From an uncultured Bifidobacterium sp. (GTDB lineage Bacteria; Actinomycetota; Actinomycetes; Nanopelagicales; Nanopelagicaceae): a stretch of 64,000 nt of DNA. This document shows positions 32,023 to 42,727 of the stretch, piece after piece. The position numbers and the translations under genes are program-made. The notes beneath the pieces are model-generated. The model was not told the DNA's origin and made no database searches. It worked only from the letters and a program-made list of their open reading frames with translations. Numbering within the stretch: the first letter of the stretch is position 1; each line of letters opens with the position of its first letter. The DNA lies in the NCBI GenBank assembly GCA_964632545.1, contig CAZWBQ010000005.1, positions 15,678 to 79,677 of the forward strand. The letters are read 5' to 3'.

Positions 32023-32578
32023 ACATTCGATCGTTATTTTAGCTTCGGGGAGCGGCACATTAGCGCAAGCTTTAATCGACGCAATTTCTCGGAACGAATT
32101 AGATTGTGAAATTTCCGCAATTATTTCGGATAAGCAGTCCAAAGTTTTAGAACGCGCCAGAAAACATGACATAACAAATTTCTACTTGCCAATCTCGAAA
32201 GATAGATCAGAGTGGGATGTAAAATTGCTGGACCTTGTAAGTAAATTAAAACCTGATTTAGTTGTAAGCGCTGGCTTTATGCGGATATTGGCACCAGAAT
32301 TCGTATCTAGATTTGATTGTATAAATTCTCATCCATCTTTACTACCGGCTTTCCCAGGCGCACATGCAGTCCGGGATGCGTTAGCAGCTGGGGTAACCGA
32401 AACGGGATGCACCGTGCATTGGATTGACGCCGGCATGGATACTGGTCCGGTTATTGGACAAATCCCAATGCCGATTTACCCAAACGATAGTGAGGAATCA
32501 CTTCATGAACGCATTAAGATTGCCGAACGAGCGCTCATTGTTGAGACCGTTTCCGCTTTGCTGGCAGATAAGCACTGA
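32015..32578 (+). CDS. purN: phosphoribosylglycinamide formyltransferase
   Basis: [18 protein letters not shown] and TGCTVH..D...DTGP motifs. Confidence 0.9.
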   Translation: MGEHSIVILASGSGTLAQALIDAISRNELDCEISAIISDKQSKVLERARKHDITNFYLPISKDRSEWDVKLLDLVSKLKPDLVVSAGFMRILAPEFVSRFDCINSHPSLLPAFPGAHAVRDALAAGVTETGCTVHWIDAGMDTGPVIGQIPMPIYPNDSEESLHERIKIAERALIVETVSALLADKH

Positions 32579-32598
32579 AGATATTACGGGAGAATAAA

Positions 32599-34149
32599 TT
32601 GTTAACTCGCAAACCAATTCGTAGAGCTCTGGTTAGCGTTTATGACAAAACTGGTTTAATTGAATTAGGTAAGGCGCTTAATAAAGCTGGCGTTCTCATA
32701 CTTTCTACCGGCTCTACCGCTAAGAAATTATTAGATGCTGGGATTCCAGTTACGCCAGTTGAGGAATATACAAAGTTTCCAGAGATGCTTGATGGCCGAG
32801 TAAAGACGCTGCATCCAAGAATTCATGCTGGATTATTGGCCGACCAAACAAATCTCGATCACTTAGCACAATTAGAGGCTCAAAAGATTGAAGTTTTTGA
32901 TTTAGTTGTTATAAATTTATATCCGTTTACTGAAACTATTGAATCTGGTGCAGTCTTCGAAGAATGTATCGAACAGATCGATATCGGTGGCCCTTCAATG
33001 TTGCGCGGCGCTGCCAAAAATCATAATAGCGTCGCCGTTATTTCGGATCCTTCGCAATATGAAACACTTTATTCGGCGCTGGAAAGTGGCGGCTTCACAA
33101 TAAACGAACGCCGACAATTAGCGTTAGAAACGTATCGTCGAACCGGTGAGTATGACATTGCAATTTCAGAGTGGTTATCTCAATTTACCGATTCCGAAGG
33201 ATTGCCAGAATGGACCGGCCGCGTCTGGCATAAAGTAAACGATCTTCGTTATGGCGAAAATCCACATCAAATCGCGGCTTTTTATCGGAGTTCCAACCGC
33301 GCTACCGGTTTAGCTGCAACCGAACAATTACATGGAAAGGAAATGTCCTTCAATAATTTCACTGATGCTGATGCTGCTTGGCGTGCTGCATGGGACCATA
33401 CTGAACCTTGTGTTGCCATAATTAAACATGCGAATCCATGCGGTGTAGCTATCGGAAATAATATTGCTAGCGCATATGCAAAAGCGCATGCTTGCGATCC
33501 CATCTCTGCATTTGGTGGCGTAGTTGCCGCAAACCGAGAAATTTCTACAGAAATGGCGACTGCGCTCTCCGAAATTTTTACTGAAGTAGTGATTGCGCCT
33601 TCCTATGAAAGTGGCGCAATTGAAATCCTCGCTAAGAAACCATCGATTCGGATACTAAAAGCTGGCGAATATGTACGACCAGAATTAGAACTTCGCCCCG
33701 TATTAGGCGGGCTATTAATACAAAGCACTGATGCAAATGATGCTTCCGGTGATTCATTTTCGAATTGGAAACAAGTATCTGGTGGAGCAGTTTCGGACGG
33801 CGTGAAATCAGATTTGGAGTTTGCTTGGCGCTCGGTACGGTCGGTAAAAAGTAATGCAATACTCCTAGCTAAGGCGGGAGCATCTGTTGGAATTGGCATG
33901 GGTCAAGTTAATCGCGTGGATTCTTGCGGTTTAGCAGTAACGCGCGCTGGAGATCGGGTAAAAAATTCGGTAGCAGCCAGCGATGCATTTTTTCCATTTG
34001 CAGATGGTCTACAAATATTAATTGATGCTGGAGTTACCGCAGTCGTACAACCGGGCGGCAGCGTTCGCGATGAAGCGGTAATTGCGGCGGCAACTAAGGC
34101 CGGAATTGCAATGTTTTTCACGGGAGTTCGCCACTTTTCTCATTCATAA
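32599..34149 (+). CDS. purH: bifunctional AICAR transformylase / IMP cyclohydrolase
   Basis: TTG start; [20 protein letters not shown], and C-terminal ..FTG.RHF.H. Confidence 0.97.
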   Translation: MLTRKPIRRALVSVYDKTGLIELGKALNKAGVLILSTGSTAKKLLDAGIPVTPVEEYTKFPEMLDGRVKTLHPRIHAGLLADQTNLDHLAQLEAQKIEVFDLVVINLYPFTETIESGAVFEECIEQIDIGGPSMLRGAAKNHNSVAVISDPSQYETLYSALESGGFTINERRQLALETYRRTGEYDIAISEWLSQFTDSEGLPEWTGRVWHKVNDLRYGENPHQIAAFYRSSNRATGLAATEQLHGKEMSFNNFTDADAAWRAAWDHTEPCVAIIKHANPCGVAIGNNIASAYAKAHACDPISAFGGVVAANREISTEMATALSEIFTEVVIAPSYESGAIEILAKKPSIRILKAGEYVRPELELRPVLGGLLIQSTDANDASGDSFSNWKQVSGGAVSDGVKSDLEFAWRSVRSVKSNAILLAKAGASVGIGMGQVNRVDSCGLAVTRAGDRVKNSVAASDAFFPFADGLQILIDAGVTAVVQPGGSVRDEAVIAAATKAGIAMFFTGVRHFSHS

Positions 34150-34287
34150 CAAAATGTAATTTAACTTAATTCTTATTCTGTTCAATCTCTGTTTGCCTTC
34201 CGTAGTCAATCAATTAACTAGCAACTTCTTATATTTGCGCCTGGGGAACTCCCAATATCTAATATAAAGAATTGGACAAAATATTTA

Positions 34288-35892
34288 ATGAAACTTAAAT
34301 ATAAAATTGGTGCTGTAATCAGCATATTAACCATGGTAGGAACTGCAACTGTTGCATATTCAAATTTGGCAAAACCAGATTACATACTTTCGACAAGTTC
34401 AGCGGTTGAGATTAAACCACTCGCATACGCTGGGGATGTATTAAACGGAGTAGTCGTGCGAGGCATCCCAGATGGCATGGGCGCATACGACAATGGCAAC
34501 GGTGGAATCTCACTGCTATCTGTTCATGAAATTCCATCTTATTCCCCAATTGCACAGCAATCTAAATCAAGCACTTCGCCTTGGGGCGTTTCAATTACCA
34601 AATTTAATGTCACAAAAAACTCCAAAGTTATAACTTCTGCAACTGACTTTGTTAAGGATTATAAATTTTATAATTACACCACTAAAACTTATGTTGATTC
34701 TCCAATTGGCGCAGCGCCAGCTGGAACTACCAAAGGTCTTGATTGGAATATCAGCCGATTCTGTTCTGCAACGCTAGTTCAAGCAGGCGGTCTTTTATTT
34801 AAGAGCGGCAGCACCACTTATGGATATGAAGGCCCAGTATTTCTAAGCGGCGAAGAAGATGGCGATAGCGGTTACGCCCGCGGTTTCGCCTTCGATATGG
34901 ATGGCCACGGTATTCAATTACCAAGAATGGGACTTGCTTCTTGGGAAAACTTAATGCCAAATCTAAAGCCTGGCATTAACACAGTTGTTATGGGCAATGA
35001 AGATGGTTCTGCAACAGATAGCCAATTATTTATGTACGTTGGCAAGAAAACTACAACCGGAACTTTTGCTGATAAAGCTGGTCTAACAAATGGTGATTTA
35101 ATGGTGATGAATATTGCTGGAATTGCTAATGACAACGCTTTCCGTGCTACATATGGAAAGAATAAGGCTGTAGATGTCACATTTAAGAAGACCATTTGGG
35201 ACGGCAATATAGCTTTGCAACAAGCTGATCACGCTGCCCAAGGCACTGAAATGTCACGTATTGAAGATGGTGAATGGGATCCAACTAACCCAAACGTTTT
35301 CTACTTCAATACAACTGAATCAAATAAGGATGCCGCTGCAACAAAAGCAAATCCAGCAGAGCCAACCTTCTCCCGTGATGGTGGTGGATTATGGCGTTTA
35401 ACTTTTGTTGATGGCCAAAACCCTGAGCTAGGTGCAAAGTTAGAACTTTTGTTAGATGGTTCAGAAGCTCCATATCTGAGCAAGCCAGATAACTTGGCGC
35501 TAACTAAAGATGGCATTGTGTTACTTCAAGAAGATCCAGGCAACAATGGCCACGTTTCGCGAATTGTGGCTTTCCGTCCAAAAGATGGAAAGTTAGCGGT
35601 CATCGCTGAATTCAATAAAAGTTACTTCGCAACGGGCGCAAGTAATTTTATGACAATTGATGAAGAATCTTCTGGAATTATTGATGTCACAGCTTTATTT
35701 GCTAAAGCTGGCGACACAAATAATTACTTCTTCTTCAATGCTCAAGTTCATACTGTTGGCGGTGCACTTGCTCGCCCAGATTTGTTAATCAAATCTAAAG
35801 TCCGAGCTGCAAAAGTGGATAAGGCCACAATCGAAGGCGGCGCATATTACTTAATGACCGTTTCTGATTGGAAGACAGTATTTGGTTCATAA
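34288..35892 (+). CDS. secreted beta-propeller protein, PhoX/DUF839-like (putative phosphatase)
   Basis: Sec-type signal peptide. Motif order is IPDGMGAY .. GEEDGD .. GLASWENL .. GNEDG..QLFMYVGKK .. SRIEDGEWDP .. GGLWRL .. KPDNLALTKDG..LQEDPG, which parallels my recollection of PhoX-family blocks. No twin-arginine motif. Confidence 0.5.
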   Translation: MKLKYKIGAVISILTMVGTATVAYSNLAKPDYILSTSSAVEIKPLAYAGDVLNGVVVRGIPDGMGAYDNGNGGISLLSVHEIPSYSPIAQQSKSSTSPWGVSITKFNVTKNSKVITSATDFVKDYKFYNYTTKTYVDSPIGAAPAGTTKGLDWNISRFCSATLVQAGGLLFKSGSTTYGYEGPVFLSGEEDGDSGYARGFAFDMDGHGIQLPRMGLASWENLMPNLKPGINTVVMGNEDGSATDSQLFMYVGKKTTTGTFADKAGLTNGDLMVMNIAGIANDNAFRATYGKNKAVDVTFKKTIWDGNIALQQADHAAQGTEMSRIEDGEWDPTNPNVFYFNTTESNKDAAATKANPAEPTFSRDGGGLWRLTFVDGQNPELGAKLELLLDGSEAPYLSKPDNLALTKDGIVLLQEDPGNNGHVSRIVAFRPKDGKLAVIAEFNKSYFATGASNFMTIDEESSGIIDVTALFAKAGDTNNYFFFNAQVHTVGGALARPDLLIKSKVRAAKVDKATIEGGAYYLMTVSDWKTVFGS

Positions 35893-35936
35893 CCGCAAAT
35901 ACTTTCTTGGAATCTTTCTAACCTAACGCAAAAAAA

Positions 35937-35979
35937 GGGCGGGTAGCGACTCGAGGGCGCTGCCCGCCCTTATCTTTTG
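35937..35979 (+). terminator. rho-independent terminator after the PhoX-like gene
   Basis: GGGCGGGTAGCG / CGCTGCCCGCCC stem (one G-U pair) followed by TTATCTTTT. Confidence 0.7.
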
Positions 35980-36003
35980 ATTATTTTAGGTAGGCTCACT
36001 TCC

Positions 36004-36834
36004 ATGACAACTGCGAAAATTCTTGATGGCAAAGCGGTTGCCCAATTAATTAAAAGCGAACTGCAATCACGAATTTCAACTGCAAAATTAACACCTGGCT
36101 TAGGAACGGTTCTAGTTGGTGATGATGCAGGTTCGCATGCATATGTAGGCGGCAAACATAGAGATTGCGCTGAAGTCGGTATCCAATCAATTCGCGTTGA
36201 TTTGCCTGCTACTGCGAGCGAAGCCGATCTCTTAAAAGCAATTTCTGATTTGAATAACGCTAGAGAGTGCACTGGTTATATCGTGCAGTTACCGTTACCA
36301 AATGGCATTAATTCGCAGAGAGTTTTAGAAGCAATTGATCCAGATAAAGATGCTGATGGATTACACCCGCTAAATTTAGGTCGATTAGTTATGGGCGAAA
36401 AAGCACCACTGCCGTGCACACCTGCTGGAATTGTTGAACTTTTGAATCATTACCAAATACCAATCAACGGAGCAGAAGTTGTAGTTATTGGCCGCGGCCT
36501 AACGGTTGGCCGCCCGCTTGGATTATTACTTACTCGTAAAAGCGAAAACGCGACCGTTACTTTGACACATACTGGAACGAAAGATTTATCCGCCCATACA
36601 AAGCGCGCTGATATTGTGATTGCGGCAATCGGCAAAGCACATTTCTTAAAAGCAGATATGGTAAAGGCTGGCGCAGTTGTACTAGATGTAGGAATTACTC
36701 GAACTGAATCTGGCTTGCAAGGAGATGTTGATCCCGCCGTCGCAAATGTTGCTTCATATATCGCACCAATGCCTGGTGGTGTTGGGCCAATGACGCGCGC
36801 AATGTTGCTACGCAACGTCGTCGAAATGGCTTAA
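36004..36834 (+). CDS. folD: bifunctional methylenetetrahydrofolate dehydrogenase/cyclohydrolase
   Basis: Start set at ATG 36004 ([13 protein letters not shown]..); the track start lies inside the terminator. YVGGKH.., [14 protein letters not shown] and PGGVGPMT motifs. Confidence 0.95.
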   Translation: MTTAKILDGKAVAQLIKSELQSRISTAKLTPGLGTVLVGDDAGSHAYVGGKHRDCAEVGIQSIRVDLPATASEADLLKAISDLNNARECTGYIVQLPLPNGINSQRVLEAIDPDKDADGLHPLNLGRLVMGEKAPLPCTPAGIVELLNHYQIPINGAEVVVIGRGLTVGRPLGLLLTRKSENATVTLTHTGTKDLSAHTKRADIVIAAIGKAHFLKADMVKAGAVVLDVGITRTESGLQGDVDPAVANVASYIAPMPGGVGPMTRAMLLRNVVEMA

Positions 36835-36835
36835 A

Positions 36836-37057
36836 TTGTTTGCCAGAATCGGATATCTCGCTGCAATAGCCGGCGTTTTAATTGGAGCGATCGCGCAAGT
36901 TAGAGTGGGAGCGCTATTAATTGCACTTGGGCTAGCGCTAGTTTCCATTCCTAAATTCAAAGGTAATTGGTCGGTTCGTCGCATTGATACTTTGATTCCG
37001 GCGGCCCTGATTGTGGCCCTAATAACAATCGCAATAGCGTTACCCCGCGCCAAATAG
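36836..37057 (+). CDS. small two-TM membrane protein (DUF3017-like by position after folD)
   Basis: TTG start 2 nt after the folD stop; two hydrophobic helices. An equivalent small membrane gene follows folD in mycobacteria. Confidence 0.45.
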   Translation: MFARIGYLAAIAGVLIGAIAQVRVGALLIALGLALVSIPKFKGNWSVRRIDTLIPAALIVALITIAIALPRAK

Positions 37058-37139
37058 CGTTTTTAACGGGTTAGGCAGTGGGTAGGATTCAGTCATCGCA
37101 TCACGAATTGCGAAGATGAAAATTGAGAGAGGTTTTAAA

Positions 37140-38096
37140 ATGGCCAGATCCGGAAAAGTTACAGTTGTCGGAGCTGGTTTTTATGGCTCGACCACAGCGC
37201 TTCGATTAGCTGAATATGATGTTTTTGAAACTGTAGTTTTAACTGACATTGTTGAAGGAAAACCTGAAGGCCTAGCTCTTGATATGAACCAATCGCGTTC
37301 CATCGAAAATTTTGAAACAAAAGTAATTGGCGCAACTACTACCGCTGATGGCGGTGGCTATGAAGCAACTGCAAACTCAGATGTGGTTGTGATAACTGCC
37401 GGGCTACCACGAAAACCAGGTATGAGCCGAATGGATTTGATTGGCGTTAATGCCGGAATTGTTCGTGGCGTTGCGGAGAACGTTGCAAAGCATTCTCCAA
37501 ATGCAGTCATCATCGTGGTTTCTAATCCACTAGATGAAATGACTGCACTTGCTCAACTCGCAACAAACTTTCCTAAGCATCGCGTAATGGGACAAGCTGG
37601 AATGTTAGATACCGCAAGATTTACCCACTTTGTAGCCGAGAAGTTACAAGTTCCGGTTTCATCTGTAAAAACTTTAACTTTAGGTTCACATGGCGAAACT
37701 ATGGTTCCGGTTCCAAGTCGTTGCACAGTTGATGGGAAACCACTTTCAGATCGGCTCTCCGAGATTGAAATTGCTGAGTTAGTTGACCGTACTCGTAACG
37801 GTGGCGCTGAAGTTGTCGCGTTGCTAAAAACAGGGTCGGCTTATTACGCACCATCTGCAGCGGCAGCACGGATGGCTAAGGCTGTAATCGAAGATTCTGG
37901 TGCAGTTATGCCGGTTTGCGCATGGGTTGATGGCGAATATGGAATTAACGGGGTTTACCTGGGAGTTGAAGCTGAGATTGGTCGTTCTGGAATAAAGAAA
38001 GTTGTTGAAGGTAAGTTAACTGACTCTGAATTAGCAGCGTTAAAAACTGCAGCAGAGGCGGTTCGCGCTAAGCAAGCTGATGTTAAAGATCTATAA
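37140..38096 (+). CDS. mdh: malate dehydrogenase (LDH-like type)
   Basis: Start set at ATG 37140 after a GAGAGAGG RBS; VTVVGAGFYGSTTA, ITAGLPRKPGMSR.DL, and GSHGE.MVP. Confidence 0.92.
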   Translation: MARSGKVTVVGAGFYGSTTALRLAEYDVFETVVLTDIVEGKPEGLALDMNQSRSIENFETKVIGATTTADGGGYEATANSDVVVITAGLPRKPGMSRMDLIGVNAGIVRGVAENVAKHSPNAVIIVVSNPLDEMTALAQLATNFPKHRVMGQAGMLDTARFTHFVAEKLQVPVSSVKTLTLGSHGETMVPVPSRCTVDGKPLSDRLSEIEIAELVDRTRNGGAEVVALLKTGSAYYAPSAAAARMAKAVIEDSGAVMPVCAWVDGEYGINGVYLGVEAEIGRSGIKKVVEGKLTDSELAALKTAAEAVRAKQADVKDL

Positions 38097-38130
38097 CAAT
38101 TAACTAACGAAGCCTTTAAGGGGATAGCGA

Positions 38131-39345
38131 ATGTCAAAGCTCAAAGTCGAGGGAACCATTGTTGAATTAGATGGCGACGAAATGACCAGAATTATCTGGC
38201 ATTTCATTAAAGATCAACTAATCCTTCCTTATCTGGATCTAAACATTGATTATTACGATCTTGGCATAGAACATCGCGATGCAACTGACGACCAAGTGAC
38301 CATCGATAGCGCTCATGCAATTCAAAAACATGGCGTTGGCGTTAAGTGCGCGACCATTACACCAGATGAAGCCCGTGTTGAAGAATTCGGCTTAAAGAAG
38401 ATGTGGAAATCACCAAACGGAACTGTTCGAAATATTTTGGGCGGCGTAATTTTCCGTGAACCAATTATTATCAAGAATGTACCAAGGTTAGTTCCGCACT
38501 GGAGCAAACCAATTGTTATCGGCCGTCATGCATTTGGAGATCAATACCGAGCTACGGATTTCTTAGTTCCAGGCAAAGGAAAATTGACGGTAACTTTCAC
38601 TCCCGAAGATGGTTCAAAGCCAATGGAATTCAATGTTTTTGATTTCCCAAGTTCTGGTGTTGCAATGACAATGTATAACTTAGATAACTCAATTCGAGAT
38701 TTTGCCCGAGCATCATTTAATTATGGTTTATCGCGCAAGTACCCAGTATTTCTTTCAACAAAGAACACAATTCTTAAAGCATATGATGGCCGCTTCAAAG
38801 ATCTATTCGAAGAAGTGTTTAGCGCTGAATTCAAAGCAGAATTCGATAAACAAGGACTTGCTTACGAACATCGTTTAATTGATGACATGGTCGCAACTTC
38901 ACTTCGTTGGGAAGGTGGCTATATCTGGGCTTGCAAGAATTACGACGGCGATGTGCAATCAGATACCGTCGCACAAGGTTATGGCTCACTTGGCTTAATG
39001 ACATCAGTACTTATGACTCCAGATGGGAAAACTGTTGAAGCGGAAGCTGCGCACGGCACAGTTACCCGACATTACCGAGACCATCAAAAGGGTAAGCCAA
39101 CTTCTACCAATCCAATTGCATCCATCTTTGCTTGGACACAAGGGTTACAACATCGCGCCAAGTTGGATAACACTCCCGCCGTTGGCGAGTTTGCAAAAAC
39201 TTTAGAGAGAGTTTGTATCGAAACTGTCGAAAGCGGAAAGATGACAAAAGATCTTGCGCTATTAATAAGTAAAGATGCGCCTTGGCAAAATACTCAAGAA
39301 TTCTTGGCTTCAATTAACGAAAATCTAAAGAATGCGATGAAGTAA
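38131..39345 (+). CDS. icd: NADP-dependent isocitrate dehydrogenase (eukaryote-like homodimeric type, Icd1-like)
   Basis: [31 protein letters not shown] and YDGDVQSD motifs; 404 aa. Confidence 0.95.
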   Translation: MSKLKVEGTIVELDGDEMTRIIWHFIKDQLILPYLDLNIDYYDLGIEHRDATDDQVTIDSAHAIQKHGVGVKCATITPDEARVEEFGLKKMWKSPNGTVRNILGGVIFREPIIIKNVPRLVPHWSKPIVIGRHAFGDQYRATDFLVPGKGKLTVTFTPEDGSKPMEFNVFDFPSSGVAMTMYNLDNSIRDFARASFNYGLSRKYPVFLSTKNTILKAYDGRFKDLFEEVFSAEFKAEFDKQGLAYEHRLIDDMVATSLRWEGGYIWACKNYDGDVQSDTVAQGYGSLGLMTSVLMTPDGKTVEAEAAHGTVTRHYRDHQKGKPTSTNPIASIFAWTQGLQHRAKLDNTPAVGEFAKTLERVCIETVESGKMTKDLALLISKDAPWQNTQEFLASINENLKNAMK

Positions 39346-39469
39346 AGGTCCTTTCGTTTTCTTATGTAGTGCTGTCACTCGCCATATCTGTAGTACGAAT
39401 TTTTTTTCAAGTCTACGGTGAGCTTCAAGAAGAAACGGCATGGTGCCGCTTCGGTTATTGGAGCTAAAT

Positions 39470-40996
39470 ATGAGTGAAGCATTTATTGCACCGGGACAAC
39501 CTGGTAGCAAAGTTACCTTCTTGCCTCGATATGAGCATTGGATAAATGGAGCGTTTGTTAAACCTTCATCTGGTTTATATTTCGAAAACGCAACTCCAGT
39601 TACTGGAAGAATTTTTTGTGAAGTAGCGCGCGGCAATGCAAAAGATGTGGAACTTGCATTGGATGCAGCACATGCTGCAGCGCCAGCTTGGGGAAAGACC
39701 TCTGCAACTGAGCGTGCAATTATGTTAAATAAAATTGCTGATCGAATGGAAGCAAATGTTGAAGCAATTGCAATTGCAGAAACTTGGGAAAATGGAAAGC
39801 CAATCCGGGAAGCGTTATATGTAGATATTCCGTTGGCAATTGATCATTTCCGTTATTTTGCGGCAGCAATCAGAGCTCAAGAAGGTTCGGCAGGCGAGTT
39901 AGACCATGACACAGTTGCATATCATTTCCACGAACCACTTGGTGTAGTTGGTCAAATCATTCCGTGGAACTTTCCAATCTTGATGGCAGTTTGGAAATTA
40001 GCTCCAGCAATTGCTGCGGGAAACTGTGTGGTGTTAAAACCAGCCGAACAAACGCCAGTATCTATCCACTTCTTAATGGATTTGATTAAGGATTTAATTC
40101 CAGCCGGTGTAGTAAATATTGTTAACGGATTCGGCGTAGAGGCTGGAAAACCATTGGCCTCATCCTCCAGAATTGCAAAGATTGCTTTTACTGGAGAAAC
40201 CACAACTGGTCGATTAATCATGCAATATGCCTCAGAAAACATTATTCCAGTGACTTTGGAGCTTGGTGGCAAGAGTCCAAATATTTTCTTCAACGATGTT
40301 GCAGATAAAGATGATGCGTTCTACGACAAAGCATTAGAAGGCTTCACTATGTTTGCGGTAAATCAGGGTGAAGTTTGCACCTGTCCTTCTCGTGGATTAG
40401 TCGAAGCTAAGATCTACGACAAGTTCTTAACCGATGTAACAGCTCGCACCAAAGCAATTATTCAAGGAAATCCATTGGATTTAACAACCATGATCGGTGC
40501 GCAGGCGAGCGTCGAACAGATGGAGAAAATTCTCTCTTATCTAGATATCGGTAAGAAAGAAGGCGCCAAAGTATTAACGGGTGGCGAACGCGCTAATTTA
40601 AGCGGCGACCTTGCTGGTGGTTATTACATAACTCCAACAATTTTCGAAGGAAATAATTCAATGCGCATCTTCCAGGAAGAAATTTTTGGACCAGTAGTCT
40701 CAGTAACTAAGTTCGATGGTTTTGACCAAGCGATGCAGATTGCAAATGACACTCTGTATGGACTTGGTGCTGGCGTTTGGACTCGCGATATTAATACGGC
40801 CTATCGCGCCGGCCGCCAGATTCAAGCCGGCCGAGTTTGGACCAACTGCTATCACGCATATCCAGCGGGAGCAGCGTTCGGTGGTTATAAAGCATCAGGT
40901 ATTGGACGAGAGACGCACAAAATGATGCTGGATCATTACCAACAAACTAAGAATCTGCTAGTTTCCTATTCACCAAACAAACTTGGATTCTTTTAA
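39470..40996 (+). CDS. NAD-dependent aldehyde dehydrogenase (AldB/ThcA-like)
   Basis: Start set at ATG 39470 after a GGAG RBS; [24 protein letters not shown], catalytic EVCTCPSR, and C-terminal ..[12 protein letters not shown]. Confidence 0.9.
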   Translation: MSEAFIAPGQPGSKVTFLPRYEHWINGAFVKPSSGLYFENATPVTGRIFCEVARGNAKDVELALDAAHAAAPAWGKTSATERAIMLNKIADRMEANVEAIAIAETWENGKPIREALYVDIPLAIDHFRYFAAAIRAQEGSAGELDHDTVAYHFHEPLGVVGQIIPWNFPILMAVWKLAPAIAAGNCVVLKPAEQTPVSIHFLMDLIKDLIPAGVVNIVNGFGVEAGKPLASSSRIAKIAFTGETTTGRLIMQYASENIIPVTLELGGKSPNIFFNDVADKDDAFYDKALEGFTMFAVNQGEVCTCPSRGLVEAKIYDKFLTDVTARTKAIIQGNPLDLTTMIGAQASVEQMEKILSYLDIGKKEGAKVLTGGERANLSGDLAGGYYITPTIFEGNNSMRIFQEEIFGPVVSVTKFDGFDQAMQIANDTLYGLGAGVWTRDINTAYRAGRQIQAGRVWTNCYHAYPAGAAFGGYKASGIGRETHKMMLDHYQQTKNLLVSYSPNKLGFF

Positions 40997-41022
40997 GCCA
41001 TAACCAGTTATAAGGAGTGAAA

Positions 41023-41424
41023 GTGACGCTGCCGCCTCGAGTTGAAGTTACAACCGAGGCGGCATCGCTACTTCTAAAGCTAACAAAAATTCATGGCCCG
41101 TTGATGTTTCACCAATCCGGCGGGTGTTGTGATGGCTCTTCACCTATGTGTTATGCCAAAGGTGAATTTCGTGTGGGTGGTTCCGATATTTTGCTTGGCG
41201 AATTAATTTTTGATGGCTTAAGCGAACCAATCCAAGTATGGATGGGCAAGGCACAGTTTGAATATTGGAAACATACTCATTTAACAATTGATGTGGTTGA
41301 TGGGCGAGGCGGTAGTTTTTCATTAGAATCGAGTGAAGGTAGAAGATTCCTTATTAGATCTCGACTATTCACTGATGCTGAATGGGCAATATTGGAGAAT
41401 GCTCCCGTTACTACCGGAGCATAA
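41023..41424 (+). CDS. DUF779-family protein (partner of AldB-type aldehyde dehydrogenases)
   Basis: MFHQSGGCCDGSSPMCY motif. GTG 41023 is preferred because the track start at 41017 lies inside the AAGGAG RBS. An ALDH-DUF779 pair is also found in mycobacteria. Confidence 0.7.
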   Translation: MTLPPRVEVTTEAASLLLKLTKIHGPLMFHQSGGCCDGSSPMCYAKGEFRVGGSDILLGELIFDGLSEPIQVWMGKAQFEYWKHTHLTIDVVDGRGGSFSLESSEGRRFLIRSRLFTDAEWAILENAPVTTGA

Positions 41425-41427
41425 AAA

Positions 41428-41454
41428 ATCCCCGCCGCTAATAACGACGGGGAT
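41428..41454. terminator. bidirectional terminator between DUF779 gene and msiK
   Basis: AAAAA-ATCCCCGCCG-(7-nt loop)-CGACGGGGAT-TAATTTT, with one mismatch in a 10-bp stem, lying between convergent stops. Confidence 0.65.
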
Positions 41455-41468
41455 TAATTTTGCGGAAT

Positions 41469-42560
41469 TTATTTCTTATCTAACCGTTCACCATCTATCG
41501 CATTGAATAGGTGAATAGCAGCTGGAATTGCAGCAACAGAGATAGTTGAACCAGGTTTTGGTGGATTCTTTGGATCCCAGCGAACAATTACTTGTGCGCC
41601 TTCATCGCCGCTGTTTGCAAACTTAATTGCAGAATCAACTGGTTTTCCATAAACGTAGGCATCAGCACCGAGCTCTTCGACAACTTCGACAAGTACATCG
41701 AAGCCATTTGAAGTTGTTGGGGTAAATCCTTCTGGGCGAATACCAACTGTTACAGAACTACCGGCATTTGCTGGAACGCTAAGTTCCAAATTGCCGAGCT
41801 TTGCCTTACCGCCAGATACTGGAGCAATTAACAAGTTCATGGCAGGGGAGCCAATAAATCCAGCTACGAATGCATTTGCTGGATTATCGTAAAGATTTCG
41901 AGGTGTATCAACTTGTTGTAGCAAACCATCTTTTAATACTGCTACGCGATCACCCATAGTCATAGCTTCAACTTGGTCATGTGTCACGTAAACTGTTGTA
42001 ATTCCAAGACGACGTTGTAGCGCAGCAATTTGAGTACGAGTTGCCACGCGAAGTTTCGCATCAAGGTTTGAAAGCGGTTCATCCATTAAGAACACTTGTG
42101 GTTCACGGACAATCGCACGACCCATTGCAACGCGCTGGCGTTGTCCACCAGAGAGCGCTTTTGGTTTACGTTCTAAATATGGTTCAAGATCTAATAATTT
42201 CGCAGCTTCACGAACTCGGCGTTCGCGTTCTTCTTTTGCAACACCGGCAATTTTCAGCGCGAAGCCCATATTTTCTGCAACCGTCATATGTGGATATAAC
42301 GCGTATGACTGAAAGACCATTGCGATATCGCGATCTTTTGGTGCAACGTTTGTAACGTCGCGATCACCGATGAAAATTGCGCCGTTATCAATTTCTTCTA
42401 AGCCGGCGAGCATGCGAAGCGATGTAGATTTTCCGCAACCAGATGGTCCGACTAGAACTAAAAATTCACCATCGTTAACAGTGAGATTTAATTTGTCTAC
42501 CGCTGGTGCAGTTGTTCCTGGATAGATGCGAGTTGCATCTTTAAATACGACAGATGCCAT
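41469..42560 (-). CDS. msiK: orphan sugar ABC transporter ATPase, MsiK/UgpC/MalK type
   Basis: GPSGCGKST, LSGGQRQRVAMGRA, FLMDEPLSNLD, and a C-terminal MalK-like regulatory domain. No adjacent permease or binding-protein genes. Confidence 0.85.
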   Translation of the reverse strand: MASVVFKDATRIYPGTTAPAVDKLNLTVNDGEFLVLVGPSGCGKSTSLRMLAGLEEIDNGAIFIGDRDVTNVAPKDRDIAMVFQSYALYPHMTVAENMGFALKIAGVAKEERERRVREAAKLLDLEPYLERKPKALSGGQRQRVAMGRAIVREPQVFLMDEPLSNLDAKLRVATRTQIAALQRRLGITTVYVTHDQVEAMTMGDRVAVLKDGLLQQVDTPRNLYDNPANAFVAGFIGSPAMNLLIAPVSGGKAKLGNLELSVPANAGSSVTVGIRPEGFTPTTSNGFDVLVEVVEELGADAYVYGKPVDSAIKFANSGDEGAQVIVRWDPKNPPKPGSTISVAAIPAAIHLFNAIDGERLDKK

Positions 42561-42727
42561 GAGGCGATCTCCTTCTCCGGGCAGGTACGTGCCCGACGGT
42601 CCGTTGGATGAAGGTCTAGTAGTGGCAACGATGTCAGCTACTAGGCCACGTAGGCGTTTGCCTCCGTGATAGGCGAAGGCTATCTAGCCGCAGCGGGAAA
42701 AGAAAGCGCACCGTTACTCTTAGCATC
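42561..42727 (-). ncRNA. structured 5' leader of msiK (candidate msiK RNA motif)
   Basis: Locally GC-rich 167-nt leader with several hairpins. These include a 10-bp stem at 42613-42622/42638-42647 and a 6-bp stem at 42578-42583/42590-42595 abutting the AAGGAG RBS. A conserved msiK leader motif is described for Actinobacteria. Confidence 0.4.

Noticed and set aside
34180-34201. PHO-box-like tandem 11-mers GTTCAATCTCT / GTTTGCCTTCC as a regulatory feature
   Set aside because: Only the first repeat keeps the GTTCA core, the second has several mismatches, and spacing to any -10 is poor. It is mentioned in a finding as a hypothesis but not annotated as a feature.
39400-39407. T8 run after icd as a rho-independent terminator
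   Set aside because: I could not find a convincing GC-rich stem immediately upstream. There is only a weak AAAGG/CCTTT hairpin at the stop codon, about 40 nt away.
39325-39636. 103-aa minus-strand ORF spanning the icd-ALDH intergenic region
   Set aside because: It overlaps the icd 3' end and the ALDH 5' end, with no motifs. The intergenic region is better explained as a promoter/leader for the ALDH gene.
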